A stretch of 7,802 bases of DNA from Amoeboradix gromovi X-113 (GCA_018985225.1 JADGIF010000482.1:1-7802); one strand, 5' to 3'. Shown: positions 1 to 7,802, counted from the stretch's first letter. Made by a program: numbers and translations. Notes: a model not told the origin generated them from the sequence alone.

Positions 1-905
1 GACTTCAACGTGTATGCATAGTTGTTGACATTTCCATCCAACAACAATAATTTTTTGGTCTGTTCCGGTGCACCCTTGAGCAGTTGATAAAATATGTGGT
101 AATTTCTTTCATTAGGAGTTTGGTAAACTACGCGAGATTTTTCCAACAAATACCACTCAACATTTCCACCAGAGATGTGCCCATCGTTACTGAATTCAAT
201 GCGAATGAATTTACCAAAACGACTTGAGTTATTATTACGGACAGTTTGTGCGTTGCCAAATGATTCCAAGATAGGATTAGTTTGCAATAATTGAAGCTCC
301 AAGTTACCAACTTGTTTATTGTGGCTATCACCAGCAATAGAGGCGAGATACTGAATGACCTTTTTAGTGTTTTCAGTTTTGCCAGCACCACTCTCTCCAG
401 TAATCAAAATCGATTGGTTTTCACGATTACCCAGCATTGCATGATACGCTTGGTCAGCAATTGCAAAAATGTGAGGGGGAACTTCACTTCTCTTTTTGTT
501 CATGTAGCTTTTAACAATTTGATCAGTATAAATAGGCAACTTTTGATACGGATTTACGCTGACTAAAAACAAACCGCTGTAGGTGTAAATTAAGGAAGAG
601 AAGTAACGCTGCTTAAGATTCTGCAGCACGCTAGGTTCGTTCAGATACGCTAAATCCACCATATCTTCAACTTTCTCAAACTTTGGCGGATTCATTTTTT
701 GTATATCATTAACGCTGACAGTTACTTCTTTTTCATCTGTCGTTCTTACCTTGCATTGTTCTTTGCCTTCATCAGTGATATAAGCAGCAACAAATGTGTT
801 TTCTTTGTCTGGAATCCAACACCATTTCTTTTCACTAAATTGTAATGCAGCAGCATCGTCCAAGTTATCTTTTTTACGCTGTAAAATAGCAATGTCTGAA
901 TTCAT
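1..905 (-). CDS. myo2: Myosin heavy chain, class II (N-terminal SH3-like domain plus start of motor domain); partial, continues beyond the left window edge
   Basis: Manual translation from ATG at 905-903 is open to position 1 (no stop, so absent from the ORF track): [12 protein letters not shown]...[19 protein letters not shown]...[31 protein letters not shown]...[15 protein letters not shown]...[12 protein letters not shown]...[26 protein letters not shown]...[29 protein letters not shown]...YLLEKSRV...[12 protein letters not shown]-loop GESGAGKT, switch I NNNSSRFG, and class II signatures NPPKF and [11 protein letters not shown]. Symbol follows S. pombe usage (S. cerevisiae MYO1). Confidence 0.96.
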   Translation of the reverse strand, partial: MNSDIAILQRKKDNLDDAAALQFSEKKWCWIPDKENTFVAAYITDEGKEQCKVRTTDEKEVTVSVNDIQKMNPPKFEKVEDMVDLAYLNEPSVLQNLKQRYFSSLIYTYSGLFLVSVNPYQKLPIYTDQIVKSYMNKKRSEVPPHIFAIADQAYHAMLGNRENQSILITGESGAGKTENTKKVIQYLASIAGDSHNKQVGNLELQLLQTNPILESFGNAQTVRNNNSSRFGKFIRIEFSNDGHISGGNVEWYLLEKSRVVYQTPNERNYHIFYQLLKGAPEQTKKLLLLDGNVNNYAYTLK

Positions 906-1067
906 TCAGGTAGCGTTTAAGTAGACAGACTACGAATTTATAAGTGTACGTAACCGATGACACAGACGACGTATAAACAAAAAATTGTAAAGAGCGCCAT
1001 AAATGGTATCGACTGCTAAATAAACTTCCACTTTCTGATTCTGAGAATTATTCAATGCTTGTTATTG
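906..1067. promoter_or_regulatory. Short divergent (bidirectional) promoter region between the myosin II and RRM genes
   Basis: Only 162 bp (201 bp if the RRM gene starts at 1107) separate two head-to-head start codons. Inferred from gene geometry; no specific element is confidently identified. Confidence 0.55.
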
Positions 1068-2101
1068 ATGAAACTTAATACTTGGGGTAAATATCAAACG
1101 TACGTCATGAAAGAAACTTCTTCTCGATCACAACAATATAAGAATCCTGCTCTAAGTACTCAATATTCTAGCTTTCCTAAAGAAAGACAAGTAAGAAGGG
1201 AAACCTCTGTTCGAACTCTATTCATTCGCAATGTAGATTATAATATCACTGAAGACGACATTGTCCAACTTTTTTCAAAATACGGTGAGATTAAACGGTC
1301 TTTCTTTTTAATCGAAAAGAGAGGTATCGCATTTGTTACTTTCTACGATATTCGCTCTGCTGAACATGCAATAAAAGATCTAAAAAACTATAAACTTGGA
1401 AATCGTATTATCGAGGTTCATTACTCTACTCCGAAAGGAAACACCGAGCAAAACAGATGTCATGAAGACGACAATCAGGCCACCTTATTTCTCACTCTTT
1501 CCGGTAATTTAAACATCAGCCAAATTGTTGATCATTTCTCTCAATTTGGAGAATTGCTTGGAATAAGAAATCTCAAGGTAAACTATAACTAACAAAGGAA
1601 GGACATAGACATAAATTTGTTGAGTATTTTGATTGCAGATGTGCTATGAAAGCACTCGCAGGGTCTAATGATTTAGTGATTGATGGCAAAACTATAAACA
1701 CTGAACTTTCTTGGGATATCGGCGCTAAAAACCTTGTTAAACAAGAAAAAGAGCGCTCTCAGAATAATAATGGAAGCGGTAGAAATCCTCGTTCACCAAC
1801 AGATCATACTTCTTCTCACTCCAGTCATTCTCGTCGCCATAATACGGCCTCTACTCAAGGACCTGCTCCAAGTGTACCTAGTAACCTGGCTCTGCAAGCC
1901 ATTCTTAGCGCTGCAACTCCTTTTCAACCTCTTCAACCTCTTCAACAGCATCAGCCCCTCCCAAATCAGTTCAATTCGTATCCTCAACAAACTAGGCAAA
2001 TTCCAACACAACCACCGCAGTCTAATCCAAACACCACACAGCAGTTGCAGGTTCTTCAACAACTATACGCTTTGCAAAATCAGCTTAACGCTAAGAAATA
2101 A
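1068..2101 (+). CDS. Mei2-like RNA-binding protein with two RRMs and a Q/P/S-rich low-complexity tail; join(1068..1577,1598..2101), alternative start 1107
   Basis: RRM1: RTLFIRNVDYN...FSKYGEIK...RGIAFVTFYDIRSAEHA...LGNRIIEVHYSTPK. Removing a GT-AG intron at 1578-1597 fuses ORFs 1059..1592 and 1646..2101 in frame and restores RRM2: FSQFGELLGIRNLK|EGHRHKFVEYFDCRCAMKAL. Stop TAA at 2099-2101. The Mei2-specific C-terminal RRM3 is absent. Confidence 0.88.
1578..1597 (+). other. Ultra-short spliceosomal intron (20 nt)
   Basis: GTAAACTATAACTAACAAAG: GT donor, ACTAAC branch-point, AG acceptor. It contains the in-frame TAA that ends the first ORF, and its removal restores the RRM2 frame. Confidence 0.88.
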
Positions 2102-2456
2102 ACTATATACTTTTAATATCTGCAATTGAAAAACGCGTTTATAATTTGAGCCCATATCAGAGTTTTCAATCGATGTACAAGAAATCTTAGAGGACCCTTG
2201 ATTTAAACCCACTTTCTTGCCATCAGGAATTGTAGGTTTTACCACAACTCTTCTTAACAATAGCCTGCAACTGCATCGTTATCGACACCTGAATGCATTG
2301 GTATCTATTGGCATCAGACCTTCAAAGTACTGGGCCTTAAAGACATATTTGTCTCCGCGAAAACTATTAGTTTATAATATGATTTATTATTGGTCTTAAT
2401 TTGTCAAAATGACAATGCAGTCATGCACTTTTCTTTACGTAAAATATTTTTAACAA

Positions 2457-5265
2457 CTATTCATGAATTTCCTCATCCAAGTTTTCATCCAACTGTTTAT
2501 GCTTCAAAGCAAACAAGCTTGGAATTTTTGATTCACTTGCCATTAATCCTGAATCCAGCTTCCGCAGTTTTTTGGGCGGGCTTTGGCAGTCGTTTTGCGA
2601 CAACTCTAATTCTACCGCTTCGTTCAACTTGCTTATACAATCTTCTCTAGTTAGAAACCCTTGGTTACGTTTTATAAAATCAGATTCGGTTTGCTGCGGT
2701 ATTTCTAATTCTTGTTTCATTGGTATATCAAAATTCTCTAATATCATGTTTTCTATCTTAGCTGGCTTAATAGAATCGATATTGGTGTTAATTTTATCAA
2801 CTTTTCTCACATGTTTATCTAATTCCAATGCCACGTTACTGTCAAATATGTCTCCAACACTTTTAATGTTTAAGATATCAGAATTGATACTATTAATCAT
2901 ACAGTTTACATCATTGTTTTCTATCTTCTTCAACTGGTTGATACTTGATTCTTGCTGCTTCAATCCTAAGTCAATAACAAATACTTGTTAAATACTCCTG
3001 GTGATCCCTCTCATAAATGGTATTGTACTCATTCACAAGGTCTTTCAATTCGTTCTCCTCCTCTGTTAGCTTTTTACAATTAATCAAGAGACCCTTTACA
3101 CTACCTACAACGTTTTCCGATGATTTCGCATTAATGCCGCCACAACTACTAATTAGCCTATCATGGCGCTCTATGACGCTACTTCTTTGTACTTCATTCA
3201 TCAAGTTGCTGATAGACTTGGAATTAACATCGTGATAACTTTTGTTCTGAGCATTTAATAGTTCCATTGATTTTTTCAGTTGCTGCTTTATCATTTTTGC
3301 AGCCTCATCCACCGAACTCATAATAAAAGCATGTTGTTCTTCTATATTTACTTGAATCTGAAGATTCTGGTTGTTCATACTTGCTTGCAGTTCATTCATT
3401 GCAGTGGTTGTGCAGTTAATTGCGCTTTTAACTATGTTTGCAAATTCAGTATTCAATTTCGTAACTTCCATCTGATCACTCTCATAGCCGCTAGCTATTT
3501 TGTTTGACACATCAATTATCTTGGAATTAGCTGATTGAATGGTATTTGAATAACGATTGATTACAGCAGCCACTGACTCCATAAGTTGATTGAACTCTGC
3601 TAAGCTAGATTTGCAATTAATCAAAGATACGTCCGATGAAGGTTGTACAGCATTTATTGTCTCTAAGCTTGATAAATGCTGCTTAAACTCAGCTAATAAG
3701 GATAAAATTAGAGTTGGATTTAACTGGTTCAATTCCGATCTTGAATCTATAGCAATCGCTTTTAAAGCACTGTTGTGAGTATTAATGCTGTCAACATTGT
3801 TCTGGTGCACGCTAAACATTGCATGTACATGATTGTTTAAATTATTTAATAAACCATGAATTTTAGAATAGTTGGTGAAATGATGTTGTAAAGCTCCGTT
3901 CAACCTGTTTGCAAGAACATTAGAGTTGTTCAAGCATATTTTTAGATCACAGTACTGAAGGTAATTTGAATTGAGATCTGATTCATACTTGGATATCAAG
4001 ATTTCATTGGCTGCGTTTACTTCTTGCAACTTAAGAATTGTTGACTCATAAGTAGATATTTGATTGTTTAAAATCAAGTTTTTATTGTTAACCAAGACCG
4101 ACTCATTAACCAATGCTTCATACTGATCAACAGGTAAGTAAACACCGTTTTTGTGCCTTGATGCTGTAAGCTCTCTTTTCAAATCATCAATTTCTGTTAG
4201 GTAGCCTTTTAGAAGTTGCTGCTTAGTTATTTTTTGATTTATTTGGGGTCTAACTTTAATGTTTTTTGCACGATGAGAATAATCTAAAGTAGAAAGGGTT
4301 TCTTCTAATGAATTCTTATCACCGGATATTGTAGCTATCAAAGTAGTTTTGGTATGTCCTCCAAGAGAGTCTTTTAATAATCTGGTTAACTTAGATTCTC
4401 TGTAAGGCACGTGTGAATTTTTGTCAACCAAGGCATTTATTACTCTACCGAGAGTGAGTAGAGACTGATTTATTAAACCAGCTTCACGCTGCCCTTTTTT
4501 CTCAACTCCGCTCTTGCCAACAGATTCGCTGCCGGCTAGATCTACGAGGTTAAGTTTACCCACTCGAATTACTTCCTTTCCATTGACTACTTCTCGCTGT
4601 AAAACCTGCATAATAAAAATAGTATGGCTCCTACTGGACTTTTCATTGCAAAGCGTAGACGTCGTTTGTCGTTTCTCAGATGCTAGTTGAACCATTTCTA
4701 AACAGTGGTGAATATTTCTAACCAATAGTTCTTCAGCTCCTTGTACGAGAATTTTCTTGTTTTCTTCAAATATCTTAAGAGATTCTGGTGACTCCACCAG
4801 AAGATCCCTCAAATCTTCATTATATAGTTCCAAATAACTAATACGGATACTAAAATCTAGAATTTCACCTTTTTTGTTTTCGAGTAGGTCAAAGATGTAG
4901 TGAATAGCCCTAGGTATAATACCAGCATTTGCATGCAACCTAGCATGATCTAATTGGGTCTCACCTAATATTGTGTGAGTCTTTCCTGTAGAAGTCTGAC
5001 CATATGCCAAAATAGTTGCATTAAAACCTTGTAGCACCTGATCAATAAGTGGTTGAACTTGTTGGAAAACTGTCTTATTATCAACAAGATGGCCCAAGAC
5101 TTTGTCAAACACAAATGTTTTGGTGATGGCATAGTTTGAAGAGCTGCATGGAATTTGGAGTTGTTTCCCCATAATAGGATCTGAGACTACGATAGAGCCT
5201 GCAGATGGTCTAATGCGGACCATAACTTGGATTGACTCTTCCTGGCTTGAACCATTACTCGACAT
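2457..5265 (-). CDS. bimC: Kinesin-5 (BimC/Cut7/Eg5 family) mitotic motor, about 929 aa; complement(join(2457..2965,2985..5265))
   Basis: First ATG at 5265 (MSSNGSSQEESIQVMVRIRP). Motor motifs GFNATILAYGQTSTGKT, SSRSH, GKLNLVDLAGSE, INQSLLTLGRVINALV, HVPYRESKLTRLL, EETLSTLDY. Kinesin-5 neck KNIKVRPQINQK...KGYLTEIDDLKREL...KNGVY, then a long coiled coil. A 19-nt intron joins ORF 2971..5292 to ORF 2457..2963 in frame. Stop TAG at 2459-2457. Confidence 0.94.
2966..2984 (-). other. Ultra-short spliceosomal intron (19 nt)
   Basis: Minus strand GTATTTGTTATTGACTTAG: GT donor, TTGAC branch-like site, TAG acceptor. It contains the TGA ending the 773-aa ORF. Splicing gives ...EYLT-R-LKQQES in frame with the 168-aa ORF. 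Confidence 0.82.
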
Positions 5266-5299
5266 CCTTTGTTTTGAAAAACAAAAAAGCACTGAATGC

Positions 5300-5445
5300 A
5301 GGAATCCTCTCTATACCAGAGTGTCAAGCGGAGAAGATAGAAGCACATTCTCAAATCTGAAATCAAACCGTATATTAAGTGTATTTTATAGTACTTGTTG
5401 ACGCTTCCTACCGTTAGTGTTCTACGAATGGATCCAACACTGTTG
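5300..5445 (+). pseudogene. Possible serine recombinase (IS607 TnpA-like) fragment
   Basis: Frame reads LYTRVSSGEDR (catalytic YxRVS motif, Ser at 5324), and in the same frame ILSVFYSTC*RFLPLVFYEWI, loosely like the VVV...DRLxRFGFE...EWI segment. The N-terminal HTH and the DxGSG segment are not seen. Confidence 0.42.
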
Positions 5446-5906
5446 ACCACAATCATCTTTGACCTTGCGTTCTGATTATAGGGTTCTAAACTCGGCCCAC
5501 GTAAATCCAATTTTTAGCTGACTACATTGCACCATGTCCCCTGATATCATCACCATACCACTCTTGTGTGGCGGCAAAATATATGATAATTTCCGATTGC
5601 CTTGCAGTCTTGCATATCGGGTCCCTGTTTTTGCATTCAATTCTTAGTACTGCCATTGGTGTACTTGAAGGTAATATCCACAAGTTGTTACTCACAAAAT
5701 TACTGTTTTCGTCCCTTCTGGAGTTGTCCTGGGTCATCAATATTTGATACGGATCGTGTTCAAGCAATGACTCAATCTCAGAAACGTCTCGAAAAATGTG
5801 ATCCTCCTATACCTGAGAGTATGCATCTTTTATATTCAACGTTTTTAAAAATCTCTTATGTAGTGCTGAGCGGGAATAGCATAATTCTATCGCTGCATAT
5901 TGAAAT

Positions 5907-6723
5907 GTGTATCCCTTGTCGCAATTCTCGTTTAGTTTAATAAATTCTGACGCTTCAGCCAAGGCACTAAGATATTTGAAAGGACTCTGCACAATAGCAG
6001 ATTATAACATAATTTTAGATAAAGTGAAGACTACGAGAACAAACGTTCAACGATTAGAGAAATACCGTGAAGCGGAAAAGAAACAACCTAAAGTAATTTA
6101 TTCTATGACACAGCACTTGGAAGGTTGAAAGTCGCAGGAATACTAATCATTGATTTTCAGTGAGAATTAAGATGTATCCAGATCATTTAGTATTGTCTGG
6201 ATGCCGGATATTGTCTTTTATGGTGATGCAGTCATGATAGTCTAAGATTGGCTCATCTTGAAAAAAACTCGGGAATCAGCTTGGCTATTTTCTTGAATAA
6301 ATCATTTATCGCAAATTTGTATATATTTTTGTATCATTTCAACACTTTTCCAGATTTTTCTAATAGCTCAAATACTCGATATTCTTCCTTTTCGCAAATG
6401 GCAAATCAATTCTAAATAAATAACTAGCAGGTACAGCATACATTCGTCTCAGACTGATAAGCTGGTCCAAGCACGGAAATTCGATGCCATGTACAAGTTG
6501 CGGTACTCTGAAGAAAACTAATTTAGAAACCTGAACCTGTACCAATTGTCATTTGGAGATAGATAGCGACCATATGGCAACAAGGAACATATACATTAAG
6601 TATCTGCATCCTTATTTAATCCCGCCTCAGAGTAGTGAAAGCGTGAGCAATCACTGTAACGGAGAAACTAGCATTAGTTTCTCTGTGGAAATTCTCGATA
6701 TTCTCGGAAAGCAGGACTTTTAA
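5907..6723 (+). pseudogene. tnpB: TnpB/Fanzor RNA-guided nuclease pseudogene (frameshifts, stops, internal deletions)
   Basis: The frame starting 6460 reads SWSKHGNSMPCTSCGTLKKTNLET*TCTNCHLEIDSDHMATRNIYIKYL, matching ExxTSxxCxxCG...(F/W)xCxxC...DRDxNAAxNI. Upstream frames give CLDAGY (RuvC-I LDPG-like, Asp 6200), LRLAHLEK (bridge-helix-like, 6242), YIFLYHFNT (IxLPxFxT-like, 6320) and LRYLKGLCTIADYNIIL (TnpB N-terminal helix-like). Confidence 0.8.
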
Positions 6724-6732
6724 CGAGGAGTT
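6622..6732 (+). ncRNA. Putative omega-RNA (TnpB/Fanzor guide RNA scaffold)
   Basis: Two adjacent hairpins start about 40 nt after the RuvC-III motif. 6632-6657 has an AGUGA/UCACU stem, an AA/AA internal loop and a GC-GUGA-GC GNRA tetraloop. 6659-6686 is a 12-bp stem (ACGGAGAAACUA/UAGUUUCUCUGU, one G-U) with a 4-nt loop. The position matches known TnpB/Fanzor omega-RNAs. Confidence 0.55.
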
Positions 6733-6866
6733 GATGCACCTTTGGTCACCAAGTTGCGATAATAATGCCAATCATCAACGAATGATATGTAATCCATTAT
6801 TGGTGAAAGTATTGCATTAATAAATAGTGAATGAAATCTTAAACAATTTACTTAGACTTGAAACAT

Positions 6867-7331
6867 CTAATCACCTTGTTCTCTTTCCAGCATCATGTAG
6901 AACTTTGTCGCTTTTATTTTTAGATTTTTTGGAAACATTTCCACAAATGCTGCCCGACCAAGACCTAAAATATCTTCCACACTATATGAGTCAACATATT
7001 CATCCAGCTCTGAATCACTAGAGTTTGATTTTGTAAAAAATACTACAATAATTGGTTCAGTTAAAGTCAAAGTATCCAATGGCTCTAACTGTTTATCATT
7101 TTCAGTAAAATAGAGATATTCTATTCGTTTTCGCTTTATATTACACGTATTTTCAAGGTACGGAATAATAAACAATTTTTTGAATTCTACTGAGGTGATA
7201 CCTTGCCAAGGTGGCGCAATTAAAGGACCTAAAGACTCTGCAACCGTCCTCGAATCGGTTTTTTCAACAAGTTGATCATCTTTCATTATTGTAATTGAGA
7301 AGGGCGTTGCAAATTTTTGCTTAAACTCCAT
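6867..7331 (-). CDS. Hypothetical protein, 154 aa (an upstream exon is possible)
   Basis: ATG-to-TAG ORF of 465 nt in AT-rich DNA with globular-protein composition. No family recognised with confidence. Confidence 0.6.
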   Translation of the reverse strand: MEFKQKFATPFSITIMKDDQLVEKTDSRTVAESLGPLIAPPWQGITSVEFKKLFIIPYLENTCNIKRKRIEYLYFTENDKQLEPLDTLTLTEPIIVVFFTKSNSSDSELDEYVDSYSVEDILGLGRAAFVEMFPKNLKIKATKFYMMLEREQGD

Positions 7332-7617
7332 GTCAGAATTACCTGTAAAAGATTGTTGCGCAACTCATTTCCAAAAATGGATCGAATGCGAGAGAATGTA
7401 CGATAAAGAAGAGATCCAGTTTTAGGAAATTTGTGATGAAATAAAGAAATCGAGTTACAAAAAATCAAAGAAATCCACAAACAACGAATCATCTGATATT
7501 TCCAAAGCTAATTTTCTTATGATTCTTGAAAATGGTACACCACTTTCTCAAGATGGTAAGACAATTTTGCTTCTCACTGGCAAAGATAAACCAGTGACAA
7601 TACCCCACGATAAATGA
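7330..7617 (+). pseudogene. Possible small pseudogene (96-codon frame with one internal TAG)
   Basis: MSELPVKDCCATHFQKWIECERMYDKEEIQF*EICDEIKKSSYKK...LENGTPLSQDGKTILLLTGKDKPVTIPHDK*, with a single TAG at 7423-7425. No homolog recognised. Confidence 0.2.
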
Positions 7618-7802
7618 GGCCTGATCTGACAAAATGTACCTACCTGCAAATTTTAAAAATTTCTATGTATTACAAATGGGACATCAAATATAAAAACTGG
7701 ACTAACTTTCTGTAAAAACTTTGAACATTATTTCAGCTTTATTAATTTTATGGATTTAAGAGGCGAGTGGACATTCAGCTAGTTGCGGAGTTGACGAGTA
7801 TA

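Larger units (their letters stand above)
5300..6735 (+). mobile_element. Degenerate IS607-like element (serine recombinase TnpA remnant + TnpB/Fanzor2-like remnant + putative omega-RNA); boundaries approximate
   Basis: Collinear motif remnants on one strand: YTRVSS (5312-5329), LxxxxG...YNxxL (5967-6017), LDAG (6197-6208), CxxCG...CxxC...DSDHMATRNI (6490-6591), then hairpins (6632-6686). The region has no intact ORF in an otherwise gene-dense window. Confidence 0.62.

Noticed and set aside
128-566. ORFs 128..391 (-) and 291..566 (+)
   Set aside because: Off-frame or antisense shadows of the myosin CDS.
1734-2129. ORFs 1734..2129 (+) and 1793..2062 (-), and the TTCAACCTC tandem repeat near 1923-1946
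   Set aside because: Alternate frames of the RRM gene's low-complexity tail; the repeat simply encodes QPLQPLQ.
2390-3778. Several + strand ORFs within the kinesin gene
   Set aside because: Antisense shadows of a coiled-coil CDS, with no motifs.
1-5265. Functional cell-division cluster (myosin II, Mei2-like protein, kinesin-5)
   Set aside because: Adjacency of three genes in a compact genome is not evidence of co-regulation, and the RRM protein lacks the Mei2-defining RRM3.
5677-5721. STSCYSQNYCFRPFW resembling an N-terminal extension of some IS607-type TnpB/Fanzor2 proteins
   Set aside because: Too short and loosely matching to use as evidence without a profile search.
5522-5992. Two same-frame minus ORFs (5807..5992 and 5522..5767) separated by one TAG
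   Set aside because: No ATG start or recognisable motif, no convincing micro-intron over the TAG, and it is antisense to the element remnant. Not excluded as a separate decayed gene, but unsupported.
6126-6230. Possible Tc1/mariner DDE fragment (LIFSEN)
   Set aside because: No further DDE motifs or terminal inverted repeats; the same DNA is better explained as the RuvC-I region of the TnpB remnant.
5300-7620. Alternative genetic code (TAA/TAG = Gln as in some aphelids, or TGA = Trp) to explain in-frame stops
   Set aside because: The conserved myosin, RRM and kinesin exons have no in-frame stops, use CAA/CAG and TGG normally, and end in TAA or TAG. The broken region also needs frameshifts, so decay is the simpler explanation.
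1-7802. CRISPR array, tRNA or rRNA genes
   Set aside because: No regularly spaced repeats, cloverleaf or rRNA-like sequence seen.

Overview
AT-rich, very compact eukaryotic DNA, fungal-like by protein similarity and read with the standard code. The left two-thirds holds three housekeeping genes. A class II myosin heavy chain (minus strand) runs off the window edge and is missed by the ORF track. A divergently transcribed Mei2-like two-RRM protein is split by a 20-nt intron, and a kinesin-5/BimC motor is split by a 19-nt intron. Just upstream of the kinesin, about 5300-6735 has no intact gene but carries, in the expected order on the + strand, decayed motifs of an IS607-type element. These are a serine-recombinase (TnpA) YTRVSS motif, a frameshifted TnpB/Fanzor (RuvC-I, bridge helix, zinc ribbon, RuvC-III), and well-preserved hairpins where an omega-RNA scaffold should lie. 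The right end has a 154-aa hypothetical ORF and a possible pseudogene. All family assignments come from motif recognition by eye; no searches were run.
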